From assembly GCA_000165425.1 (NCBI GenBank), contig CT868009.1:1-64000 (forward strand): a DNA stretch of 64,000 nucleotides. The letters are read 5' to 3'. Below, one piece after another: positions 27,573-40,004 of this stretch (position 1 is the stretch's first letter; each line of letters begins with the position of its first letter). The notes beneath the pieces were generated by a model. That model saw only the letters and a program-made list of their open reading frames with translations, was not told the DNA's origin and did not search any database. This stretch comes from Paramecium tetraurelia. Taxonomy: Eukaryota. The position numbers were made by a program, and so were the translations under genes.

Positions 27573-28691
27573 ATGGAAAAAAGCCTCAATCCTGTTTTAA
27601 AATATCATAAGAAATTAAAATAATAGAAACAGCAAAAACGAAAAGAAGCTCATGAAAAACACAAAAAATATGAGAGAATGAAATAAGAGAAACTTTAAAT
27701 AAAGTAACAAAAGGATGCCGAAAAATAGTAGGATTCAGATGGAGAAAAATAAGAAGAAATAATTGTTAAAGAAAATGAATAACCAATTATTAATGAGCCT
27801 CCTATCAATTTAGAGTTAATAAAAGACGAAAGAATTAAAGTACCAGGTTATTCCTAAGAATTTTCAAAAAAAGCAATTGAAATAAATAGAGCATTTTTGG
27901 ATCCTTCAAAACGAAAATATGTTCCATCTCATGAAACAAAAATTGCATCATAGATTAATGATAAATTATTGGAGTATCAAGCGAAGCCTAATGAGAAAAT
28001 ATATAAAAGTAAAAATAATTATTGATCTAATCTAGATGCTGATGGAGTGATTATTACAGATGAAGTTTTAAAAATATTTGGGGGAAAAGTGGATCCTTCT
28101 AAAATAAAAATTGGATATAAATAAAAGTAGCTCTAAACATAATTTTCTACTTATGATCCATTTAGTAAAGTAACTGAATAGATGAACTTTGATTATATTA
28201 AAAATTTAGAAGAATAGAGATTACCTTAACCTCCATAATAACCTTAGGTTGAGGAAGTGGAGCCTTAGCCAGTGAAGAAAATATTTTTACCAGATGAAGA
28301 AAAAGAAGAAAAGCCTATTTGTCCAGATGTGATTGTAAAAGAGAGCACTGTTAAAAAATGCAAGATTGATTTAACAAAATAATAAGTTCCTTTGATACCA
28401 CTTCATCTATAAAGAAAGCAGAATTAATAATAATAATAATAACAATAATAGTAACAATAACAATAACAATAATAATAATAGCAATAACAATATCAATTAT
28501 AATAATAGTAATAACAATAGCATTTGCAATAACAATAACAATAATAATATTATCATTAGTAGTAACAAATAAAGCAAGAATAAATTATTAATAACTAAAA
28601 TAATTTTAGATAAATTGTAAAAGAAAGTCAAATTAAGAAAAAACCAGAAGAGGCTTTTTAAGATTTTATGAAGGATCTCGAAAAATTGTGA
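27573..28691 (+). CDS. WBP11/SIPP1-like splicing-associated protein with polyQ tract
   Basis: N-term SLNPVLKYHKKLKQQKQQKRK, internal LIPLHLQRK and C-term EEAFQDFMKDLEKL* resemble the conserved WBP11 termini. One intron near 28008-28035. Confidence 0.6.
28425..28568 (+). repeat. Coding TAA/CAA/TAG microsatellite = polyglutamine (41 of 48 codons; uninterrupted Q22)
   Basis: In frame with the flanking WBP11-like sequence. Mixes TAA, TAG and CAA triplets. Confidence 0.9.
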
Positions 28692-28808
28692 TTTATTTGA
28701 TATTGGGATAATTTTAAGCAACTTTGCTATTTTATAGAAAAATAACATAAAAATATAATAAATATTATATTCTAATAATTTTATATATATTATAAATTAA
28801 AATCAAAT

Positions 28809-28816
28809 CTGATTGG
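28809..28816 (-). promoter_or_regulatory. Inverted CCAAT (Y-box-like CTGATTGG) abutting the NF-YB start codon
   Basis: Sequence CTGATTGG|ATG, whose reverse complement is CCAATCAG. Function is untested. Confidence 0.3.
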
Positions 28817-29360
28817 ATGAATCAATTTCGATAAGAAGATAATTAAAAATAAGAGATCTAAGATGATAATCTAATGTTTAATATAATTTTTATTTTATAG
28901 AAGGCAAATACCAAACTATAGTAGGTTTCTGCCCATTGCAAATATAAATAGGATCATGAAGAAGGCACTCCCTGAAAATGCAAAGATTGCTAAAGATGCC
29001 AAAGAAACTGTTTAAGAATGTGTTTCAGAGTAAGGAATAATTAAATAGATAGATTCATATCATTCATAACATCAGAGGCTTGCGAAAAATGTAAGAATGA
29101 GAAAAGGAAGACAATAAATGGAGAAGACTTATTGTATGCCATTAATACATTGGGTTTTGAAAGTTATGTTGATATATTAAAACTCTATTTAAATAAGTAT
29201 AGAGAGGTATGATATACATAACATTCAATAGGCAGTTAAGGCTGTAGAGGGCACAACAGGGGCAACAAATTAAAAAAGGAAAAGACAAAATTCATCTGAT
29301 GATGATGAAGATGATGATGAAGAAGATGAAGAAGATAACGATGATGATGATCAATCCTGA
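28817..29360 (+). CDS. NFYB: CCAAT-binding factor subunit NF-YB/HAP3 (histone fold) with acidic tail
   Basis: [63 protein letters not shown]. Three tiny introns. TGA at 29358-29360. Confidence 0.95.
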
Positions 29361-29936
29361 ACATTTATATAGATATAATGTTAAGATGTTTATTTATTCG
29401 ATTCTAATCTTCATTTTAATTAAATGACAATATTCTAAGTTCAACATTTTTATTATTAAATTATCTTTAGGATTGTCTATAATTGTATTGTATATATTAG
29501 AATATATTAATAATCTCTTTAATTTTTATAGAATTCCAGATCATTAAAATTACATTAGTCTTAAATGTATATTATATTACTCTAAATTTAAAATGGTCAA
29601 TAAGAATTTTGTTATTTATTATTAGATCATTTTAGTGATATTCATTTTGATGAGCTAATATTTTATAATTCAGACATATTAAATAATAAAGAGAAGCTTG
29701 AATTTAATTCATTTAATATATCAGTCATTTATTATCTTTAATATTATTTTGGCATTACTCTTATAATTTTTTCGTTAAAATGTAAAGATTATTAAACTTT
29801 TTAAGTACTAGACTTTTATCATACAATTAAAAAGGTTTATAATTTAATTTTTGTTTTTATATTAGAAAAGGCTGGAAGTGGAATAGTAATGATATTTTAG
29901 TTTGTGTAAATATATAGATGATTAATATATAAAATA

Positions 29937-32220
29937 ATGAATTTCACAATAAATGAAATACGGAGATCGGGTACTCATGTAAAATAATTTATTATGACAG
30001 ACAGAAGAAGAACTCAATCAACTAACATTGGATGAGAACATGGGGGAGTTGAGAAGAGCATAATACATTCTTTAGAGAGGTCATCCAATTTAAAAATATG
30101 CAGTATGATGGATAATAATTAGATTTACTCGAACATTCATAAGTTATTTAAGGTGAGCGGATTTAGTTTACTATTTCCGATAATCAATGAGGATTTAGTG
30201 AAACAAGATGAAGACACGATTGCGATAGCCACTAAAGAATTGTTAATGATTGCAAAGTAGATGAAAGAGTAGGAGCAACAGATGTTGCTTAATTAGACAT
30301 TTCATTTTATGAAGAATTACAATTTGAAATTGGCAGAAGGATGGTTTGAGTTATTTGAAATGTTGTATTGTTGTGACATTCACAATTCAATAAGATTGAT
30401 AGATGAGTTAACTGATATTGAGGCTGAGACACATTGGAGATTGAGAGGAGCTCGGTTGCTACAGTACATCCCGTAAATCGAGCGAATACAATTACTTTGT
30501 ATGGATAAGGATCCTCAGGTAAGGTTTGAGATTGTGAAGACAATATAGATTGTTTACTGTAGTTTTACTCCTGAGAAATTTAGTACTTATTTGCAGATGA
30601 AGGTATATAAATAATATAACAATGAAGATTTTTGAGTTGATTTATGATTATGAAGTACAAGTAAGGATGGCAGCAATTGAGATGTTTTTTATGGTTTAAT
30701 CTCATTTATAAGATAGGGAAAAGATGATTACAAAATAATTCTTTGAATTCCTAAGTTCCCAGAATGTATAAATTATAACAATAATGTCAAGAATTTGTGG
30801 GAAAGTATTAATGGAAATCATGGATGTAAAACCTGATATTTAAAAATTTCTAAAAGTGTTCATTTCATTTGCTGAAAACACAAATGAGGAATATCGAATT
30901 AACTTTGCATACAATTTTCCTGCCATTCTCCAAATCTTAAAGGGAGATTGCTATGACTAACTAAAAGAACCTTATTTGCGATTGTTGCAATTTGATACAT
31001 CAACTCAAGTTAGGAACTTACTCCTGGCAAGCATCCCAGACGTGATCTCCACTTTAAAAATTCATAAGACTCAATCATTGATACCTTTGATTCGCAAAAT
31101 GCTGGATCATCCAATAATATAATACAATCTGTATTCAATAATCTATGCTCTTTGGCCGAGCTATGATTAACAGGAACAATTGATTCTATCAGTAATAATT
31201 AATTAAAATGACTTAGAAAATGTTGGTGAATGATATACTCATAGACTTAGTGAAATAGATTAATTGTAAAGCCAACGTTATGTTATTAGAGTAATTACTA
31301 AAGTAAAACTGCATTATATATACAGAGACTTCACGAATTCTTCTAATAATGCGATGCTTACCTGTTATTGTTGTCTCCCCTGATGAATTTATTATCAGCA
31401 GATTCTTAAAATATCAGAACATTGTCAGCTCAGAATGTAGCATATCTTGCTTATCATGATCAGTAATGGAAATATCAATATGTCATAGATCTATAAATAG
31501 TCAAATGATAAACTTGTGTATGAATAGTATCAAGTTCAGAATGCGTATCTGTTACATCGAATTTATTTCTTAAACTATAGATTTATGTTCCAAGAGATAT
31601 TTCCATCTCAATAATTTTATTAGTATATTGGCATTAAGTCAAGATAAGATCTACGATGTACGTATTAAACTAAGTCGTATCATGAAAAAGATATAAACAA
31701 TAATTTTAGATAATGATGAGACTGCATGTATTGCATATGATCAAGCTATTAAACAACTTTCTAGGGAACCAATCATCAAAGAAGTAAATAGTAATCTCAT
31801 TGAGTGTAGATTCTTAAGCAAAATGAGTCATTGCAATTTACTTTTGGAGATGATTTACTCAAAGAATAAAAAGAACATTTGTGCTTTGCCAGGATTTCAG
31901 CTGATGACATTGATGCTATAGAAAAAAATGAACACACTGGATCCATTTCGCCATTTATCATTAAGTCTAAGAATGGATATGGACATAGCAGAAAACGTTC
32001 GTCTGTGACTCGACAACCCATCAATAGATCTTAACCGAATGCTTCATTTACTTAAAAACTTACTCAAATTTAAACTAAATACAATCCTATCAAAGTTTCA
32101 GAAGATATGAGTCGTAGAACTTCTGTTCCTCCTGTTCCTGGTCGAAAATTACAACTCGCTCTAAAACCAACCAATACTCAATTCAAACCCAAATTAAACT
32201 AATAACGATTGAGAAAATGA
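29937..32220 (+). CDS. HEAT-repeat phosphatase regulatory subunit, PP4R4-like
   Basis: N-term TEEELNQLTLDENMGELRRAQYIL resembles the PPP4R4 N-terminus. HEAT signatures LCMDKDPQVR, DYEVQVR, NEEYRINFAYNFPA and LSQDKIYDVR. TGA at 32218-32220. Confidence 0.7.
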
Positions 32221-32238
32221 ATAATATATTATTATTAA

Positions 32239-33468
32239 ATGGACCCTGTACCAAAAAAGAAAAAGTCTGTCTCTTCCAAATAAGACAAATCCCAAGCAGG
32301 CAGTGTCAAATCTAAGAAGTAATAGCCTCCTGGAGAAATTTTGGAATAATAACGTATACTATAATTCAAATGTTAGATTCATAACATGATCTTCAAATTG
32401 ATGACCATCAATAGCATGATCCCTTTATTCCTCCTCCCATTTAAACATAAGTCAAAGTTTGCATTCATCACAATCTCCCATTCCAGTTTTTCTGTGAAGC
32501 ATGTGAAGATCCTATTTGTTAACAATGTACCATCCTAGGCCCTCACAATACTTAACTACATAGAATTAATAGATTAAGTGATTCATTCAAATTGCGATGT
32601 GCTAAAATTGAAGAATCAATCAAAGCCAATCTGTTAGGGAAAAGAGAATAACTGTTAGCATAAATTCATAGAGTAAATTAACTAATCATTCTCTAGATAG
32701 AATATAGAATCGAAGAGATTAAATATGTCAAAACCATCATTGAGAGAGATGCAAGAGCTGAATTTGGAGGAGTCTTGGAAAGATTAAAATAGAGTGAAGG
32801 ATAAAAGTTGGCAATCCTGAGTCATGAGATATCTGAATTATAAAGGTATATATCAATTTTCATTCTTAGAGATTTGGATAAAATCAATGAAGTAGGATCA
32901 TAATTCTATGATCTCAAAGAGATTCCTGATCCTTGTCCATTCCTTCTGAAATCAAGAAACATTTATGATTAGATTGAATATATGGTTGCCAAACCATTCA
33001 AAGTCTAAATTGATGTTTACCCATATGATTTACCAAGAGAACTTACTGAATTAAGATTGCAATTACAAAAGGCCTCTGCTTAATAATAATTGATCGAATT
33101 CAAAAATGAAATCATTTGGAAATTACTTAGTGAAAAATAAATAGATGAAGAAACAATCAAGTAAACTACCCATCTATATAAATTGATAGACAAGAATTGG
33201 AAAGACAAGCAAGTGAGGAGATAAATGAATGGAGTAAATTGGTTGACAAATTCTCATAGGAATTAAAGAGGTAATAGCTGGTTTGCTATTATTGTGGCTG
33301 TAAAATGGAAAAGTAATATGTTAATTCAGTCTGCGCATAAAATAGACAAGAATAAGATTGTAAAATACATTATTTAACATTTTAGATGATAAGGTGTTTT
33401 GTAATGAATAACCACCATAAAACTATCACGGCACTAGTAGGCATTATTTTGCAGATCCAATTTTATGA
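32239..33468 (+). CDS. B-box zinc finger + coiled-coil protein with C-terminal Cys-rich motif
   Basis: CIHHNLPFQFFCEACEDPICQQCTILGPHNTQLH, then a coiled coil and C-term CYYCGC..C. TGA at 33466-33468. Confidence 0.85.
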
Positions 33469-33524
33469 ATCTAAATTATATTTATTGATTTTTAATATTA
33501 AGATTATTTGATTTATTGTCAATT

Positions 33525-34450
33525 ATGAATGCAAAAATAGTAATCTATTAATTAATGAATATTTATACTATTATAGAAATTCTTAAACACACTGAATAGA
33601 GAGGCGTAGAATTACTTATCGATGCCTTGATTATTGGAATAGAAATTGGGAGAAAAAATCTTTAGAACCATTAAAAAATAGCTTAAATAGTTGGATCTCT
33701 ATCAAATTTGAAACATGGAATAGATTTCAGTTTTTCTTCACCTTTTCTTAGGGATGAGATATTTGATAGAGTACTCAATAAGAATGAGAAGGTAAACCTA
33801 TTTCAAATATTCAGTTAGAAGATATTCTCATGAATGTATAATAACAATGCTAAGAGAAATATTAATTACAATAATAATAAACAAATAATTGTAATATTTG
33901 CTCCTAAAGTATCGAAAATAATTCCGAAAAGAAATTTATCGCTGCCTGTTAACATCAATTTCACAAATAATGCGTAGAAAATGTATTGGCTTAAGGATTC
34001 AATATTAGAATTGGATTTAAATGTCCCATATGTGGGTAATCTACCTTTAAAGAGGATATTGAATATTAATTGAAAGCCAATAACAATTTTAAGACTTCAT
34101 GTTGTCCTACTCCTCAATGCAAGAAATATTTCTCATATATTGGCCAAGAAATTTATAGATGTTCAGAATGCGAAAAGAAATATTGTTTAAAATGTTAATC
34201 ACAGAATCATCCAATCAATGAATGTAAAACTGATATCAAAACTGCTACATTTGAAATGGGTGATAATTACAAGGAATGTCCAAAATGTAAATTGTGGGTT
34301 AAGTAATTGGAAGATGAAAAAATATTATATTGTTTGTGCAAATACACCTTTTGTTTTGGTTGTGGCAATAAGGATGGAAATTGTAATTGTAATAAAGATT
34401 ACAAAATTTTATAAAGTTTAACAAAAGGTTTCTTTCAGATGATATAATGA
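33525..34450 (+). CDS. RBR-type (RING-IBR-RING2) E3 ubiquitin ligase
   Basis: CNIC..CQHQFHKQC..CPIC, then CPTPQC..CSECEKKYCLKC..H..C, then CPKC..CLCKYTFCFGC. TGA at 34448-34450. Confidence 0.85.
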
Positions 34451-34534
34451 TCAATATAATTACATTCAATTTGTTGTATTTAATGAATTTAAATAATTAC
34501 TGGAGTCCTTAGTTTTTTATATCTTTATAAAACA

Positions 34535-34855
34535 ATGCATCCTATTAGAGATAGATAAATATCATTAAATAAGAATGACTATGTAAATTAGGATGCATTT
34601 CAAAAAGATGCTTCTAATAGATTGAGAAATTTTAGTTACTAAAAGATAGAATAATCAATAATCAATATGGATAATAATGTGAAACTTCCAAAAATAAAAA
34701 CTGTTAATTATGGAGTTAGCCCATTTATTGAGAGAAGAAGGTTAGGATTAATTGAATTAGTAAGGTAAAACATAAGACAAATAATTGATATAAGAAATAA
34801 AATTATATTATAAAATGAATTTAAGTCTAATATCTGGAGAATAAAGTTCAGATGA
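34535..34855 (+). CDS. Possible small hypothetical protein (boundaries uncertain; overlaps next gene start)
   Basis: Open ciliate-code frame MHPIRDRQ..NVKLPKIK.. with no recognisable domain. Confidence 0.3.
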
Positions 34856-36438
34856 TAGTGATGATTCACCTGAGTAAATTTAAATACACAGGGAAAGAAA
34901 ACACCTGTCAGAAATTGATGTACTTATTGCTACATTATAAATTGAACCTAAAAAAAGAACTTGGCAACAATTAAAGTTTCTTTGTGATACTCTCGAATCA
35001 AATGTCCATTATTTTTCATAATTACGTAACAAGCTTACTACTTAAATCCTTATTAAACTAATGGCTACAATTTCACTAGAATAATTTACTACATTTAATG
35101 TAGTGTTTAATTAGGGAGAGACTGGGAGAAAGATGTATATCATATTAAAAGGGGAAGTGGCTGTGCTTATAAAGACAGATGATCAAAATGAAACAGTTCT
35201 AAAAGAGGATAATAAAAGAAGACGTAAATTCATAGATATATTTAGGGGGCACAAGGACATTCGATGAATTGATTATGCATAGATTTTCAAACTATAGGGT
35301 TGTAGCCTATAAAAAATAATATGACTATTTTGGTGAAATAGCAATTGAGCAAAGGATTCCTCGCACAGCTACTGTAATTGCCAAAGAGCCTTGTACTTTG
35401 GCAATAATAACTTTTGATGCATATTAATCATTACTGAGCGAATTATAGGCAGATAATTTGTAATTAAGACAAGTGGTGATAGCTCGAATGTATCCCTTTA
35501 GTATTTTGAATGAATAACAGTTTTAACAGATCTTACACAATTATGAAGAACTCAATATACAAGGCGGTTGTTTGTTATATAGAGAACAATAGAATGCAGA
35601 TGCATTATATTTAGTTATAAAGGGAGAAGTGTTGGTTCAGATTAAAGAATTAGTTGACAATGCAGCTGCTTAGATTCAAGAACAAAAGTACTTTGTAAAT
35701 TTCTAAAAGTAACAGAGAATCAAAAATATTGGTCTATTTGGAATAGGACAAATTGTTGGTGATTATGAATTGTATTTAAATAAGAAATACAAACATAAGT
35801 TGATAAGAAGAACAATTTCAATAGTTAAAAGTGATTCTAAAATAATTAGGATTCCAATTAAATAATTTTTAGATGTAATAGAACATGGATTATCAGCAAA
35901 ATGGTTGTTGCGTTATTTGAATGAGAAGTATGAATAGAAGGAATAGTTACCAATATTGTAATTGAAGGATGAGTAGGAGAATAGGAAAGTACAATCATTC
36001 ATATCACCTCAATTCAAAAAAATGATACTTAGATTGAAGAGACATCATGATCATAATAAAATCTCAAGTGATCGGTACTAATAGGTCAATTACAAATAAA
36101 CTTTGGAATATGATAACAATGAGTAATAATTTACTGGATTAAAGAAGGAAATCAATTATTAAGATAAATCAGTGCTTAAATACCTTGCAAAGGATTAAGT
36201 GTTACATAAGAGAAAGAGTAATACTTTGACTGGATTTAGTATTGAGAAGTTTGCTTCAACTTTAAAATCAAGAGTTAGGGTTACTAAATTGTTAACTCAA
36301 ATAGATGAAGAATCAACTTGTTATAGGTTTCATTCTACTCCAACTAAAACAAATGGATTTTCATTTAAACAGGCAAAAACTCTTACTAATATTCAATCTC
36401 CATAATATAAATTCAACTAAACATTCAAATTGAATTGA
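34815..36438 (+). CDS. Cyclic-nucleotide-binding domain protein (two CNBDs, second degenerate)
   Basis: VFNQGETGRKMYIILKGEV and the phosphate-binding cassette YFGEIAIEQRIPRTATV. The second domain reads LYREQQNADALYLVIKGEV..IVGDYE. An alternative in-frame ATG lies near 34710. Confidence 0.85.
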
Positions 36439-37400
36439 TTATTATTTATTTATCAATTTTATAAATATAAATAATAATCAAATTGGCTTAAACCAGTAAA
36501 TTCCAATAACTTAATTAATATTACAATTATGTTAACAAAATCAAATAGTAAGAGTACTGAATATCTCATTCTTCAATTATTGGATACTATTGTATATAAT
36601 ATTTTATTTCAAAATTTCCATTAGACGCAGACTTGAATTTTCAGTATATCGAAATTTAATTGTTTACTAATAAATTATATTTGTTCAATTTTAGAAAAGT
36701 AACTTATAAAAAATTAAAAGATGTTGATTTTAAATCAATTGGCGAATATTAATTAATATGAAATGTATTAAAGTATAAATAATGTAAAAATATCAAGATA
36801 ATAAAGTTATACCTCGTTTTTATTAATATTAATCAATTTATATTTCTAATTTAACTAATTAAACAACTAGGATGTTTGTAGGAACACGCCTTCCATAAAA
36901 GAAACATTTCTTTTTCAATGAAATAATTATCCTTTTTATTTACTTAATTCTCAAAAGAGTAACCTTATTTTGAAGTGAGGGTCAACTTGAATAGTATACC
37001 AACCTCAATTAATGCTAATTGAATATGTATTAATATAATTCATTAAACCTCATTAAATAAAATCGTAAATATATTGAAAATCTCAAATTATAAAAATCCT
37101 AATCTATTCATTTTGTATATAACTCTATTTAGAATTAACAATGAAATTTTCGAATTTTTAGATTGATTTTAATTAAAATGCCAATGTGATATGTAAGTTT
37201 AGAGAATATTTGATAGAGTACCATCTAAATCTAGTATTGACGTTGATAATTTTTAAACATAATTCTCATAAAGTCTGATGCTTGCATAAAATAGAAATGT
37301 ACGAATATCTAGTTTATTCTTTAGTTTGAAAATTTGTCAAAATATTTAAAGTGAGATCCTGAATACTTTATATAATTTTATCTTCATTTATAAAATTTCA

Positions 37401-38029
37401 ATGATACATTCTGAGGAGGAGAGTGTAAATAGTTTTACACCTGAATCGTAATATTCATTTGTTATCTTTAGACAAGAGTAAAACCCTGAAGAGCATAAAA
37501 ATAAGGACTCCAAAAAATATGCCATTATTGATCAATCAATTCGTGTTCAATTACTACGCCGTATACTTTCGAAATAGGCAACAATAAAGGATGCTGCTAA
37601 AGAGTTTGGTGTTAATTTTTCAACTGCAAAAGCAATATTGCAAACTTATAGAAAGGAAGGAAGAATTGGAAAGAAAAAAACAAGAGAAAGGAATAAGATC
37701 AAATAGGAATCGGGAGAAAATAGTTCACCTAGAAAGATTTAATCTATGTATAATCTAGAATAGCCTTAATAAATGAGAGCAACATCTCCAGAGTAGAAAC
37801 CTTAAATACCACAAATTTAACCGATATTCCCCGTGATGAGTTCTCCAAATTTAGATAATAATGGGGCTTAGATAGCTTTAGCACTTTGCTAAAGAGAATT
37901 GGCTCAATAAAAATTAATTAATTTCTAATTATTGATGATGATTCAAGTAACCTAGAATCTTTATTAATTTAGAACTTCAAAAATATTTCACAATTATAAG
38001 TCAAAGAAGAACCCAATATAATTAATTGA
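37401..38029 (+). CDS. Helix-turn-helix (homeodomain-like) DNA-binding protein
   Basis: KKYAIIDQSIRVQLLRRILSKQATIKDAAKEFGVNFSTAKAILQTYRKEGRIGKKKTR. Two tiny introns. Confidence 0.85.
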
Positions 38030-38091
38030 ATTATAAGTAAATTTTATTATTTATTTATCCATCGTATTAAATATATATACAATATTAATAA

Positions 38092-38763
38092 TCACTATTA
38101 TTACGGAGCTCTTTCTGCTGATTGTAATTCCTCTAATGTATTTAATTAAATCAACTTTACCTATTGGCATTTTTTTAACAAAGAATAACATAGCAACAGT
38201 TATTGCAATCATGAAGAAATACTAATTTTGATAGATTTATGATAAGCTCAACTCATCCTCTTTCTAATGAAATATTTTATATGCTATTACTTCAAAGTAA
38301 TCTTTTCTTTAAATGATCTCAAATAGCATTGAATCCCTTGTTTGAATTCTCTATTATTTAGTTTATTATTGTTATTAAGGTTTTTATCTTGATATTGGGT
38401 GAATTTTAGATACAGAAACATTTGTACCTTTATTGTTTGTATATACATCAATAAATGCTGATTCATAAACAAAATATTTAGAATGAATCTCTAAGAAGTA
38501 TCTACCATTTGGAATATTGTAACTAGCAATAATGTTGAACAGTTTACAATGCAAAGATTCCATTTTTTTATGTGTATGCTTCATATTATCCATAATTAAG
38601 CGTTACTTTGAGAATTGGATCATCTTGTACAAATTCTCTTTGTAATTCTTGAATAAATAAAGGAAAGTGCATTACAATACAAAACCTTGCCTTCAATTTT
38701 GGATTAGGCTGCAAAAACAATCATGGGAAATGCAAGGAGTAGAAGATGATGAAAAATGGCCAT
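38092..38763 (-). CDS. ER membrane protein complex subunit 7-like (signal peptide, beta-sandwich, C-terminal TM)
   Basis: Signal peptide + KIEGK, then KVTLNYGQYEAYTQKNGIFA..NIPNGRYFLEIHSKYFVY, and TM NQYFFMIAITVAMLFFVKKMP. TGA at 38092-38094. Confidence 0.65.
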
Positions 38764-38797
38764 TTAATATATAATATATATTTGTTATAATTTGAAA

Positions 38798-39432
38798 ATG
38801 GAACAAGGAATTGAATAATTGATGTTTAGTAATCGAAATAGATAAGTGGGCTAAATTGTGAGTAATAGATAGAAGAAGGATACGAGAGAGGAAGAGGGTA
38901 TAAAAATAATAAGATTGGATAAACTGAGATAATAAATCATGAGTTTGGAGATTGAAACGAAGAAGCCAAAGTTGAAATTGAAGAAACTGAATAGTGAGAA
39001 CATGTTACTGAAGGAGAAGCAACAATTAGAAGATGACATAAAGGATATAAGTTAGAGATTAGAGAAAATGAAATAGATCAAGATATAGAGTAAATAGTAA
39101 TAGAGTGATTTGTTACAAGATAAATAAGTAAGTATGACTGAAACTTTGTAAATAGGATTTCGAATAAAGATGGAACAACATTTAGAATGAGGATGAGATT
39201 TAAAGCTTTTAGGAAAGAATGCAAAGTACATTATTATTGATATATTCTTAATTTGATACTAGCTTTACTCAACGAAGATTAGGAACCACCAAATCATGAA
39301 ATAGAGATCCTAACTAAAGAAGTTGAGGATCTTTTGTGTTTCAAAATAGATGAAGAACCAACAAAGTAAGGTAACACCAAATACAACCTGTTCACAATAG
39401 AGGAAGAACAATAAGATTAATCATTTACTTGA
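38798..39432 (+). CDS. Coiled-coil hypothetical protein
   Basis: MEQGIEQLMF.. ORF with two tiny introns. TGA at 39430-39432. Confidence 0.7.
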
Positions 39433-40004
39433 ATTATATATTTATATTAATAATAATTATGTTCATTAACATTTATTAAATGTAAGTTTGAAATAGAAAA
39501 TGATTACATCTTAAATCAAGACTATATTCTTCAGCCTATTATTTATTGTGCTATTTAGCTTAATGCAGTAAGTTTGCATCAATTATAATTTTTGGGATTT
39601 TAATAGTCTATTATTTAGAGTCAGAAAAGTAAATAATTAAAATCATACATAGATATGCTTGAAATCTCTAAGAAATATGAGGTTAAAAAGGTTAGTCCAA
39701 AATATTAAAAATAGCAAATGAAAGCTCTCAATTAAACACTAAATATGCTAGTCTTGGATCAGAATTATTTATTATTACTTGATCTTTCTTTTCCAATTTT
39801 ATATGTTATTTCTATTATAAACAACATTAATTTTGACAACTTTTTTTTGAAATTATATCCAGACTTCAATTAGATTTATCCAAATTCATTAGAGTCATTT
39901 GTTATTTGCTAATAATAAGAAATGAGGACAAATAAATTCATTAATAATACTTAAGTTGATTTTATTATATTTCATATTATTTATAATTAAAATTTTCTCT
40001 TTAG

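Noticed and set aside
28497..28748. Poly-Leu ORF on the minus strand in the supplied track
   Set aside because: It is the antisense shadow of the (TAA/CAA)n polyQ tract.
39500..39721. 74-codon ORF with hydrophobic start
   Set aside because: With only one stop codon, ORFs of this length arise readily by chance, and there is no supporting motif.
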